Positions 1-9,037 of a stretch of 14,903 nt of DNA are shown here, one piece after another. Made by a program: the position numbers and the translations under genes. Where the stretch lies: positions 1 through 14,903 of the forward strand of contig JBEKSS010000016.1 of NCBI GenBank assembly GCA_049516875.1. The letters run 5' to 3'. The first letter of the stretch is position 1; the number at the start of each line of letters is the position of its first letter. Below the pieces are notes generated by a model that ran no database searches, was not told where the DNA came from, and saw only the letters and a list, made by a program, of their open reading frames with translations. The stretch is from Candidatus Bathyarchaeia archaeon. Lineage in GTDB: Archaea; Thermoproteota; Bathyarchaeia; Bathyarchaeales; Bathycorpusculaceae.

Positions 1-526
<526 letters not shown>

Positions 527-571
527 ATGTAAACAGCCTTGCAAATCGACTGGAGGAGAAAGCAGGGTGAA

Positions 572-623
572 CCACAAGGCCAAAGCCCACCTCATAGTTT
601 CTTTTGCACCAGAACCCTTGTGG
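572..623. terminator. Possible terminator or processing hairpin between convergent 16S rRNA and rqcH
   Basis: 8-bp inverted repeat CCACAAGG (572-579) / CCTTGTGG (616-623) enclosing a T-rich tract TTTCTTTT (~598-605). Confidence 0.35.
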
Positions 624-626
624 ACA

Positions 627-2684
627 CTAACCTTCTGATATTCTGCCTTTGCTGAATGGAATGTATTCCCTTATCACCTCGATCGAAGCCTTTAAGATTT
701 TTTCTCGCGCTTCCTTTGACACCTTGCTGGCTAAGACTCTCAAGACAAGTTTTAGCAGTTCTTTGCCAGACAAGTCTCCGGGCACGACTGTAACGTAAGC
801 CTCTGTTTTAGCCTTGACAGCACCAACTGGTCCGCCGACAAACTGAATTGAGCCCTTCGCTTCAAGCACAACGCCGACAGACAGTTCAAGTTTGACTCCT
901 CGCATCCAGTTACGCTGTCCGCGAACGACAAACGCGCCGTGTCCTACAGACTCGCCAGAAGGCCCACCCTTGCTCAGTTGTTCGGGTTTGACCCAATATA
1001 CGTCAACGCTTCCAAAACCTTCACGCCATGCTCTGGAATAGGCAGCGGCAAACTCTCCAGCTTCAATCAAACATTGTTCGCTAGGTTTCTTCGCTTCTGT
1101 TTTAACGACGACAAAAGGTGCGCCAATTATGTCGGCGTGAAAGACAATGTCGTCGTCACTTGTGTGCTTTCTGACCAGAACCTCGTTGGTCGTTGCGTCT
1201 CGGCCGGCAACGATCAGGAATCCGTCAGAGGAGACAAACCATCTGAGCTTTTCAAACCATTTCTTAGGCTTGATCTTGCGTTTTGCAAGTTCTTCCAAAG
1301 CTTCGGCGGGCTTGCCATGCTCCAATGCTTCTGCATCATGAATCTTTGCTTTGACATTCGCAAGTTTTTCATGAGAATCCTCTGAGGCGTTTCTTGCTCC
1401 TTTCATCTTCTGCTTGGTCTGCTTCGCCCGCTCATAGAACTCACCGGCGTTCTCAAACAACGTTCTGTGCAGATACAATGCAAATCTCAAACCATCAACG
1501 TTGACGGTAACGGTCGAACCCCTGTTGTCAAGTGATTCGAAGATCGCGCTTGGCATCAGGCCCATCTGTTTTTCAGCACAAACCTGGGCGACAACCGCCT
1601 TCAAATCTTTGCCACTCTGTCTGCTTGTTAGTAGCTTGTCGAACAAGGCTTGCAGCTCACCGATGTGGGCGTAAACTGTGTCGCCAATTCGTCTGTCCAA
1701 CTCAGCCTTTACCTCACCCTCAGTCAAGAGTTCTTCCTGTTCAGCAATCATGCGCTTGAGCCTTTCAGCTTCGTTCTTTAGCTTATCAACCTCTATTCCG
1801 GCTGTGGCTTCCTCGACAGCTGAGACTCTGGCGTAAAACTCGTCCAGGGCCCCGTTGAAACTGTCATAACTCTGAAGCTGAATGCCCTGGCGTTCATATT
1901 GCCTAAGCTTGAGGGGCACGACGTCAACCAAGCCGCCATCTTCACCTAGAACAATGCAAGGCTCTAATGTGCCGGTTGTGACCTTTGAGAGTAAGTCCTG
2001 CAAGCTACCATGAACGTTTTTGACCTCATTTATGCTTAGTGCATCACAACTTCTGGTCTTTTCCACGCCGGCTCTGACCAAGACCTCTTCTGAGTATTCG
2101 CCGCCAATGCCTAGAAAACGTGCCATCGCCCTAACAACCTCAACGTTACCGGAAGCCTTCAGCCCCTCAGACAATTCTTCGAGGCTGATTCTTAACGGGT
2201 TTTTTCCACCAGAAGGCGCAAATTGAAAGGCTTCTCCACGTAGTATGTTTCGATCTCGCATCCGCTTATAGGTTAAAGCCTGCAAAATCTTGTTGCCCTC
2301 ACTTACCAGGATAATGTTACCATCGCCGAAAACCTCGAGAACAAGCCGAAAAACGTCCTTATTTGCCTTCAACGACAGAACGACTACTCTTTCAAACTCG
2401 TGCTGCTCGACACTTGTCAACCAAGCGTTCCGCAGATACCCCCTCAAAGCCATGCAAAAAGCCGTTGGCCTAGGCGGCTTTTCCATTGCATAACTACTCA
2501 AATGCAGCCTTCTACCAGCTTCCAAAACCAGCTGAAACGCTGGATTATCAGCCTTATGCAACTTGAGCGTCAGAGTCTTCTGACCTAGCTGGTAAACATT
2601 GTTAACATGTGAACCTAAGATTGCCTCTCTCAACTCGCGTACAGTTGCAGCTACGTCGAAGCTTGTAAACTCCTTCTTACGCAA
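627..2684 (-). CDS. rqcH: Ribosome quality control protein Rqc2/RqcH (NEMF/FbpA, NFACT family)
   Basis: 685-aa ORF with TTG start. NFACT-N motifs (TSFDV, FCMALRGYL, QHEFERVV, EVFGDGNIIL), central coiled coils, and NFACT-R motifs (WFEKLRWF, AGRDATTNE, FHADIIGAP, AAAYSRAW). Confidence 0.95.
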   Translation of the reverse strand: MRKKEFTSFDVAATVRELREAILGSHVNNVYQLGQKTLTLKLHKADNPAFQLVLEAGRRLHLSSYAMEKPPRPTAFCMALRGYLRNAWLTSVEQHEFERVVVLSLKANKDVFRLVLEVFGDGNIILVSEGNKILQALTYKRMRDRNILRGEAFQFAPSGGKNPLRISLEELSEGLKASGNVEVVRAMARFLGIGGEYSEEVLVRAGVEKTRSCDALSINEVKNVHGSLQDLLSKVTTGTLEPCIVLGEDGGLVDVVPLKLRQYERQGIQLQSYDSFNGALDEFYARVSAVEEATAGIEVDKLKNEAERLKRMIAEQEELLTEGEVKAELDRRIGDTVYAHIGELQALFDKLLTSRQSGKDLKAVVAQVCAEKQMGLMPSAIFESLDNRGSTVTVNVDGLRFALYLHRTLFENAGEFYERAKQTKQKMKGARNASEDSHEKLANVKAKIHDAEALEHGKPAEALEELAKRKIKPKKWFEKLRWFVSSDGFLIVAGRDATTNEVLVRKHTSDDDIVFHADIIGAPFVVVKTEAKKPSEQCLIEAGEFAAAYSRAWREGFGSVDVYWVKPEQLSKGGPSGESVGHGAFVVRGQRNWMRGVKLELSVGVVLEAKGSIQFVGGPVGAVKAKTEAYVTVVPGDLSGKELLKLVLRVLASKVSKEAREKILKASIEVIREYIPFSKGRISEG

Positions 2685-2974
2685 CTTGAATCACATCGCA
2701 TCAAGACTCTATTAATCTTGGATCGTATTAATATGCAACTTTGATGGGCACTGACAAGTCTCTGACAATGGCTGTTCCTTTAGCGCGCTGGAAAATTGCG
2801 AGGAATGGAAAGCTTTAAAGTTTACTTGCTTAAATCTATAAACAATCTCCAAACGTAAATTTAGACAAAGGAAAACAATCCATGAATGTCTCAAATGAAA
2901 ATCAGCATTTAAGCGTCGCTTACAAGCCAAGCATATCTCCATTCAGAATATAAGTTGAAGAGGCGCGGAAAACC

Positions 2975-3277
2975 ATGAAACCTTTAGAAACCGTCTACTG
3001 GCTGAGACTTGGCTTTGGCATTCTAGCCGCGCTTGTGAGCCTAGGCGTTGGCCTCGCAACAAACACGATTGTCAATACGCCGCCATTCTCGAGCACCGCC
3101 TTCTTCAACAGCGCGTCACTTGCAATAATAGTCTACGTGCTCTCCTACTATTTTGTAAAATCCAGATTCGCGCTTAAGGTGCAAAAACCTCAGAAACTGT
3201 TAACCACGGGAATAGGCATATATTTTCTGGCGTGGATAGCCTTCTGGGCACTGTTCTACACGCTATTTGCAGGATAG
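2975..3277 (+). CDS. Small three-TM membrane protein, EMC6/Rab5-interacting protein (OPTI)-like
   Basis: 100 aa with three hydrophobic segments. N-terminal VYWLR and C-terminal G-x3-YF-x3-I-x-FW-x2-FYT resemble the EMC6/RAB5IF family as recalled. The CDS is well supported; the family call is moderate. Confidence 0.7.
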   Translation: MKPLETVYWLRLGFGILAALVSLGVGLATNTIVNTPPFSSTAFFNSASLAIIVYVLSYYFVKSRFALKVQKPQKLLTTGIGIYFLAWIAFWALFYTLFAG

Positions 3278-3282
3278 CTGGC

Positions 3283-3750
3283 CTAATCTTCTTTTTTATT
3301 TTCGAGAAAGTTCTCGATAGTTGCCTGGCCCTTGTCAGCCTTGACCGTCTCAAACTCTTCTCCCTCAGAGGTCACCCCATTTACTTCAGGGGCACTCGCA
3401 ATGTGTGGAATAGTAATTCTGCTGAGCACGCGCATACAGTCAGCCCAAGCTGAGAAGAAACCCCGGTCAAATTCTCCGTGAACTCTGTTCCTCACGTGAT
3501 CCAAGAATTCCCGTCTGTAACTGTGCAAAGCTGCCTTATCATCCAAGTCTACTTTTGAAAAGAAAGCGTACGAGTCTCCGTTTGCCTTACGAGAAAGAAA
3601 CATTCCGTACAGAGCCCTGAAGTAGCCTCGGTTCCACTCTGTCTTCTGCATTTTCTGCTTCAACCTTTCAAGCTCCCGCTCCGCCTCAGCGAACTGCCTG
3701 TTGACCAAGAGTTGAAAGAACCTAGTAACCAGAGCTGACGGAATAGGCAT
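3283..3750 (-). CDS. Hypothetical helical protein directly downstream of radA
   Basis: ATG at 3750 lies 2 nt after the radA stop; an alternative TTG at 3756 overlaps the stop. About 155 aa, with a repeated motif WNRGYFRAL / FDRGFFSAW. Confidence 0.85.
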   Translation of the reverse strand: MPIPSALVTRFFQLLVNRQFAEAERELERLKQKMQKTEWNRGYFRALYGMFLSRKANGDSYAFFSKVDLDDKAALHSYRREFLDHVRNRVHGEFDRGFFSAWADCMRVLSRITIPHIASAPEVNGVTSEGEEFETVKADKGQATIENFLENKKED

Positions 3751-3752
3751 CT

Positions 3753-4775
3753 TCAATGACCACGAGGCTTCGTTTTCTCTTCTTCAGAAGCATCCTCTAT
3801 TCCATTTTCTGTTACCTTAAATATCTCCTCTCCTTCAGGCAAGTACGGACTTGAAACCAGACGTGCTATGCGAATAGGACCGTGCGAAGCTCTCCTCAAG
3901 TAAACACGCGTATGACTAGTGTGCCCAACAATGTGGCCGCCGATAGGATGCACCGCGTCTCCGAAGAACACGTCGGGCTTGGCCATAACCTGGTTTGTCA
4001 CGACCGCCACAGCGTTAAACGCCCTGGCCAGACCGATGAGTTTGTGCATGTGCTTGTTCAGTCTCTGCTGCCTAGGGGCCAGCATCTCACGCCCGATGTA
4101 CTCGCTTCTGAAGTGCGCCGTCAAAGAGTCGACTATTATCAGCCTCACATTATTCGCTTTAATCACTTCGTCGGCATTGTCAAGCAAGAACATCTGATGA
4201 TCAGACGTGTAGGCCTCGGCGTAGATTATGTTCTTGACAACCTGTTCAGGATCAAGTCCCAAATGCTTGGACATAGAAACTATCCTTTCAGTTCTAAACG
4301 TGTTCTCAGTGTCCACGTACAACGCGGAACCACCCAGTCCACCTCTTTGAGGAGGCAGCTGAACATTCACGCATAACTGATGGCAAATCTGACTTTTTCC
4401 AGTGCCATACTCGCCGTAAAACTCAGTTATAGTCTGCGTCTCCATTCCACCATCGAGAAGCCTGTCTACAACCTTGCTTCCGCTTGTCAAACGCAGAACA
4501 TTCTGCCGCATCTTAAGCAGTTCGTCCGCGCGAATGAAAGAAACACCGATGGACGAGCGGGCAGTTTCAATTATGGCAAAGGCCTTTTTTTCGCTTATAC
4601 CTGCAGGTTCAAGCTCCCGACCTGTGGCCATAGCCAAGGATTCAATAGTGTGATAACCCATCTCCCGAAGTTTCTGCGCGGTAGCTGGACCAACACCTGG
4701 CAAATCCTCCAAAAACTCATACTTCTTCTTGACTGCATCCTCGCAGTTCTTTTCTTCTTCCGTTTCCTCCGCCAT
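3753..4775 (-). CDS. radA: DNA repair and recombination protein RadA
   Basis: N-terminal HhH (LEDLPGVGPATA), FIRA polymerisation motif, Walker A GEYGTGKS, YVDTENTFR, Walker B LIIVDS, FRSEYIGRE and TNQV. No intein. Confidence 0.98.
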   Translation of the reverse strand: MAEETEEEKNCEDAVKKKYEFLEDLPGVGPATAQKLREMGYHTIESLAMATGRELEPAGISEKKAFAIIETARSSIGVSFIRADELLKMRQNVLRLTSGSKVVDRLLDGGMETQTITEFYGEYGTGKSQICHQLCVNVQLPPQRGGLGGSALYVDTENTFRTERIVSMSKHLGLDPEQVVKNIIYAEAYTSDHQMFLLDNADEVIKANNVRLIIVDSLTAHFRSEYIGREMLAPRQQRLNKHMHKLIGLARAFNAVAVVTNQVMAKPDVFFGDAVHPIGGHIVGHTSHTRVYLRRASHGPIRIARLVSSPYLPEGEEIFKVTENGIEDASEEEKTKPRGH

Positions 4776-4890
4776 AAATCTCTTGCCTTCTCACAGTTAA
4801 TAGAACAGATAAACAAGCCATATTTAAGACAAGCGAACCAGAACGACAGCTATTCTGTGGAGAGATCGGTTAAAGTGAACAACTGGAAGG

Positions 4891-4931
4891 CTTGAACGAG
4901 ATTTTCCTGACTTTGATGACTGTTCAAGACA
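4891..4931 (+). ncRNA. Candidate K-loop hairpin (box D/C), possible small RNA or L7Ae-binding leader element
   Basis: Stem CTTGAAC (4891-4897) / GTTCAAG (4922-4928) encloses CTGA (4907-4910), CTT and TGATGA (4914-4919); ACA follows the stem. Confidence 0.3.
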
Positions 4932-4980
4932 AGACATAAGTACACGGCTTTCATAGAAACAAACAAAAGAGGGAAAAACC

Positions 4981-5862
4981 TTGGAAATGGCAAAAATCGT
5001 AGAAGACGTTGCCTTTAACATTCTGAAACAAGCTGTCATCTACCTGCCGGACGATGTTAAACAAGCGTTGAAAAAGGCTTATGCTGAAGAAACAAGCGAA
5101 ACAGGCAAAACCCAGCTGAAAGCAATCTTGGAGAACATTGAACTCGCTGAAAAGTATCAGGCCCCCGTATGTCAAGATACAGGCACAATAATTTTCTACG
5201 TCAAAGCAGGCTCAAAAGCGAAAGACTTGGACAAAGTTGAAGCAGCATTGATAAATGCAACACGCAAGGCCACGAAAGAGATTCCCCTACGGCCAAACGC
5301 GGTGGACCCGTTCACTGGAAAGAACAGTGGGGACAACACTGGAAGATACATACCCGTCCTGAACTGGGAAATCGTCCCTGGCGACGCCATAGAAATGACC
5401 GTGATGACGAAGGGCGGAGGCTCTGAAAACGTTTGTCTCGGAGGAATGATCGTTCCTGGTGAAGGTATTAAGGGGCTGAAAAAATTCGTTGTTGACGCTA
5501 TAATAAAGGCTGGGGCTCAACCATGTCCACCGAACATACTAGGCATTGCGATGGGGGGAGGAGCCGACATTTCAATGAAACTGGCAAAGAAAGCGCTGCT
5601 ACGGCCGTTGAGTGAGCATAATCAGGACCCAGAGATTGCGAAGCTTGAAAACGAAATCTTTGAAGCGACCAACATGACGGGAATCGGGCCCATGGGACTA
5701 GGCGGGAAAACCACGGTTCTAGGAGTGCACGTTGACTATGCCTACAGACACCCCGCATCTTTCCCTGCGGCTGTTGCCTTCAATTGTTGGGCTGCCAGAC
5801 GAGCTTCTGCAAGAATCAATGCGGATGGAACTGTCGAATATTTAACGCGCAAGTTGAAGTAG
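4981..5862 (+). CDS. Fe-S class I fumarate hydratase / L(+)-tartrate dehydratase, alpha subunit
   Basis: Motifs PVCQDTG, KGGGSEN, AQPCPP, GIGPMGLGG, RHPAS and FNCWAAR, giving three Fe-S cysteines. Start is TTG 4981 or ATG 4987. Confidence 0.95.
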   Translation: MEMAKIVEDVAFNILKQAVIYLPDDVKQALKKAYAEETSETGKTQLKAILENIELAEKYQAPVCQDTGTIIFYVKAGSKAKDLDKVEAALINATRKATKEIPLRPNAVDPFTGKNSGDNTGRYIPVLNWEIVPGDAIEMTVMTKGGGSENVCLGGMIVPGEGIKGLKKFVVDAIIKAGAQPCPPNILGIAMGGGADISMKLAKKALLRPLSEHNQDPEIAKLENEIFEATNMTGIGPMGLGGKTTVLGVHVDYAYRHPASFPAAVAFNCWAARRASARINADGTVEYLTRKLK

Positions 5863-5876
5863 TGAGGTGAAGAAAA

Positions 5877-6482
5877 ATGACTGTTTACAAGTTTAAAACA
5901 CCAATCTCAGACGAACAGATACGAAAGCTGAAGGTCAACGACGTACTCTACTTGACCGGAACAATAGTGACTGCAAGAGACCAAGCTCACAGGAGAGCTT
6001 TAGAATACTTCAAGGAAGGAAAGCCTATACCGGTGAACCTTGAGGGATTGGCTGTTTTCCACTGCGGGCCAGTCGTGGCCAAGCAAGGGGACAAATGGGT
6101 TGCAGTGGCGGCGGGACCGACAACAAGTACACGTATGGACATTTTCGAAGATGAATTCATAAAAGACTTCAAGGTTCGAGTAGTCATCGGCAAAGGCGGC
6201 ATGGGAAAACGGACAACAGACGCCATGGCAAAATACGGTGCCGTCTACGGTGCCTTCACAGGCGGAGCCGCGGTGTTAGCAGCCAGAGCCATAAAGAACG
6301 TCAAAAGCGTGGAGTGGGTCGACCTAGGAATGCCCGAGGCAATGTGGATCTTCGAAGTTGAAGAATTCGGTCCGCTTGCTGTTGCCATTGACTCCCATGG
6401 AAACAACCTGTTCACTGACATTCAGAAGAGCGTTGAAGAAAACAAACAGAAAATATATCAGAAACTTGGCATAACGCCATAG
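5877..6482 (+). CDS. Class I fumarate hydratase / tartrate dehydratase, beta subunit
   Basis: Motifs TARDQAH, FHCGP, AGPTTSTRM, IGKGGM, LGMPEA and DSHGN. SD GAGGTGA upstream; begins 14 nt after the alpha subunit stop. Confidence 0.95.
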   Translation: MTVYKFKTPISDEQIRKLKVNDVLYLTGTIVTARDQAHRRALEYFKEGKPIPVNLEGLAVFHCGPVVAKQGDKWVAVAAGPTTSTRMDIFEDEFIKDFKVRVVIGKGGMGKRTTDAMAKYGAVYGAFTGGAAVLAARAIKNVKSVEWVDLGMPEAMWIFEVEEFGPLAVAIDSHGNNLFTDIQKSVEENKQKIYQKLGITP

Positions 6483-6556
6483 TTTCAACCCTGTTTTTCT
6501 GCTCAATGTTTGCGTTTCATTTTTATGATACCTAATTAAGATTCTGTTTCGCGTGT

Positions 6557-6570
6557 CGGAAGGTTTAATA
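6557..6570 (+). promoter_or_regulatory. Putative BRE-TATA promoter of the membrane operon
   Basis: CGGAAGG followed by TTTAATA, about 37 nt upstream of ATG 6607. Confidence 0.5.
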
Positions 6571-6606
6571 TTCCATTTTCAGTTCATTGAAGATGAGAAA
6601 TGAAGC

Positions 6607-7086
6607 ATGTTCAAACAGTTTAGAGACAAAGTGGCCCTTTCAGGAATCACTGTCCTACTCATAGGAGTGGCCTTGCTGATATTCACTTTCGTAAGCGCCT
6701 ACGAATTCTTGACGCAAAACCTGTCAATAATAGCTTCAGAAGATCTGGTGCGCACATTCGGCGAAGCCTTGGCTCCCCTGATTGCAACATGCATACGCAT
6801 AATGTACTTGGGGATAATGGGTTGGATAGGCTCACTTTTGACGATAAGGGGCATCACGATAATTGCACATCTTCCCGAAACATCGGTGGCGACCGCACAG
6901 GAGACAGAGGCTGAGCAGCAACCGCAACCTCAGAAGGTGAAAACCGAAAAGCCACCGAAGGAAACGGATAAGCCGGAAACCAAGCCATCTGAACCAGAGT
7001 TCGTGGTCATACCCCGAGAAGAGGTTTCGCAAACTGCATCGCAACCAAGTCAACCAGAAAAGAGTGAATCACACCCAGCTTCTTAG
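6607..7086 (+). CDS. Hypothetical membrane protein with two TM helices and a Pro/Glu/Gln/Lys-rich tail
   Basis: 159-aa ORF with two hydrophobic helices and a low-complexity C-terminus. Confidence 0.85.
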   Translation: MFKQFRDKVALSGITVLLIGVALLIFTFVSAYEFLTQNLSIIASEDLVRTFGEALAPLIATCIRIMYLGIMGWIGSLLTIRGITIIAHLPETSVATAQETEAEQQPQPQKVKTEKPPKETDKPETKPSEPEFVVIPREEVSQTASQPSQPEKSESHPAS

Positions 7087-7118
7087 AATTGCACAGTGAA
7101 AGTGAACAAGGAGTCACC

Positions 7119-7913
7119 ATGAAAGTTCCTATCCGCATGATAAGCGTAGCCACATCGTTTCTCTGGGTTCTCCTAATCATCTTCTCGGTATCCGCCATCT
7201 ACTCTATGAAAGACATTCGACTAGACGTAGGTAAACCGCAAACCACCATAACAACGGACAATAAACTACTGCTTAACTTTCCAATCGGAATTGTCAACAA
7301 CGGCTACTATGACTTGGATGACTTCAACATTTCAACCGAAATGCGTGATGGGCATGAATCGATGATGGCTCAAGGATTCACCTTCATACCCGTCATAAGG
7401 AGAGGCGAAACCTTCAACACCACCCACCAGATGGGGATCAACCTCACAGACATGCTGCAGAACAACCAAAGACTCATACTCAATGACACAGAATTGCAAG
7501 TCAATGCGACGGTTAGGATGAAAGCTGCAGAGCTGATTTCACTCCAAGTCTCTTCGAATCTGACAATGCCCTGGGGGGCACCGTTATACAACCTCACGTT
7601 TGCAACACCAGTTTTCACAACGCAAATCAGCCCCAACTCTGCAAACCGGTACAGAGTGGCTGTTCCGATAGCGTTTGAGAACCATGCCTTCTTCGACCTA
7701 GCCGGAACAGTGCAGTTGATCATGTACGACAACGGCGACACTCCTGTAGGCACAGGAAAAATGGTCCTCAAAGCACCTCAACAGTCAACTTATCAAGCAG
7801 ATATAGAACTCGATGTTCCAGTAGCAGGCACTAACAGAAACGGACATTTTGAAATCTTCTTTGCAACATCTTTTTTCAGTTATGGACCATTGGTGATTCC
7901 TTATGGTGAGTGA
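7119..7913 (+). CDS. Membrane-anchored extracellular beta-rich protein (possibly LEA-2/WHy-like)
   Basis: ATG 7119 has SD AAGGAG and is preferred over TTG 7089. One N-terminal TM, then two beta-rich halves with similar motifs (IVNNGYYDL / FENHAFFDL) and several N-x-S/T sequons. Confidence 0.8.
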   Translation: MKVPIRMISVATSFLWVLLIIFSVSAIYSMKDIRLDVGKPQTTITTDNKLLLNFPIGIVNNGYYDLDDFNISTEMRDGHESMMAQGFTFIPVIRRGETFNTTHQMGINLTDMLQNNQRLILNDTELQVNATVRMKAAELISLQVSSNLTMPWGAPLYNLTFATPVFTTQISPNSANRYRVAVPIAFENHAFFDLAGTVQLIMYDNGDTPVGTGKMVLKAPQQSTYQADIELDVPVAGTNRNGHFEIFFATSFFSYGPLVIPYGE

Positions 7914-8352
7914 GACAAACACCAACCTGAAAAGAAAACCTTCAATCCTGCGTAGAGCCTTGAAGGCAACAGCCGAGGGAGCGATACTCTATGCCGTTTA
8001 CTTCTTTCTGTCTCAGTTCTTGGCTCCGCTTTCAGAGTTTGTTCCTGGCTTTCAACAGATCGTTGAAACCTTCGTCACGGTTTACATTGTCTTAATCATC
8101 ATAGCCGAACTCACTTCCGGCTCAATCCTTCAACATTTCTTCAACGCTACCAAGGCCTTGTTCATAATCGCGTATCTGATATTTTCGCTAGGAACCGGAA
8201 TATTCAGCCTGACCTTTCAAGGTCTGAACTTTGTCGTTGACATTCGCTTGTTCCTAGTCATTGCAATGCTGCTGGCCTTGGTAGGATTAGCAAAATCCGT
8301 TTTGCAGACCATAGATTACGTGAACGAAAAAGCAGAACTTGCACTGACCTAG
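7903..8352 (+). CDS. Hypothetical four-TM membrane protein
   Basis: 149 aa with four hydrophobic segments. Overlaps the previous gene by 11 nt; SD GGTGA upstream. Confidence 0.85.
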   Translation: MVSETNTNLKRKPSILRRALKATAEGAILYAVYFFLSQFLAPLSEFVPGFQQIVETFVTVYIVLIIIAELTSGSILQHFFNATKALFIIAYLIFSLGTGIFSLTFQGLNFVVDIRLFLVIAMLLALVGLAKSVLQTIDYVNEKAELALT

Positions 8353-8502
8353 GGCTATCCGGCCTTTTTCGCAAACCAAAGTGAGCCATGGGACAACATA
8401 CGATTTATGTTTTCTACTTCTTCAATAGAGGAATCGAGAAACGCGCGCTTGGAAACCGCGAGCGATGCATTCCTGCCAAGACAAGCTCACGAACAACTTG
8501 TC

Positions 8503-8994
8503 TCACAATTTCGTGCTCATTACGTAGGCGTCTTCTCCATCAGCATAATAGCCGCGAATGGAGCGGGTGACTTCCCACCCTAGTTTCTTGTACAGGCCAA
8601 TCGCTTCTTCGTTTGTCACCCTGACTTCTAAGTAGCATTGTTTTGCTCCGTACATCCGCATGCCTTCCATGGCTTTGGTAATCAGAGCTCTTCCCACACC
8701 CTTGTGTCTGCGTTCAGGCCTAACCGCAACCGAAACGACGTGCCCTTTCTTGACTAAGCTGGGCAGTCCAATATTTGACAACCCAACCTCGATACGGCAC
8801 ATAATATAGCCCACAATCTCTCCGTTTTCCTCGGCGATGATGAATGCTTCAGGAAATCTGCGGTACAAATCGACATAGAAGAAATCCGTGTAGTTTTCTG
8901 GAAGACAGACCTGATTGATGCGTGTGACACTTGCTAAGTCGTTCATCGTGAATTTCCGCAGTTCGAAGGCGTCTTGCACGCTGTCAGGCTCCAT
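8503..8994 (-). CDS. ard1: N-alpha-acetyltransferase, archaeal Ard1/RimI (NatA-like GNAT)
   Basis: Motifs CLPENY, VGYIM, GHVVSVAV, acetyl-CoA motif RRHKGVG, LEVRVTN and YYADGEDAYVM. A TATA-like TTTAAG at 9021-9026 suggests a leaderless transcript. Confidence 0.95.
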   Translation of the reverse strand: MEPDSVQDAFELRKFTMNDLASVTRINQVCLPENYTDFFYVDLYRRFPEAFIIAEENGEIVGYIMCRIEVGLSNIGLPSLVKKGHVVSVAVRPERRHKGVGRALITKAMEGMRMYGAKQCYLEVRVTNEEAIGLYKKLGWEVTRSIRGYYADGEDAYVMSTKL

Positions 8995-9037
8995 TTATCT
9001 TGAGGCAAGTTTCACGGTGCCTTAAACACTTTTCCTT

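Noticed and set aside
2380-2400. RqcH has ER in place of the DR motif
   Set aside because: A conservative change that I recall as common in archaeal homologues; not evidence of novelty.
939-2588. Several plus-strand ORFs inside rqcH, and similar short ORFs antisense to radA, the fumarase genes, larA, pyrE and the signal peptidase
   Set aside because: They overlap well-supported genes and have no recognisable motifs.
2712-2942. 76-aa minus-strand ORF in the rqcH spacer
   Set aside because: AT-rich divergent promoter region; no SD or protein-like features.
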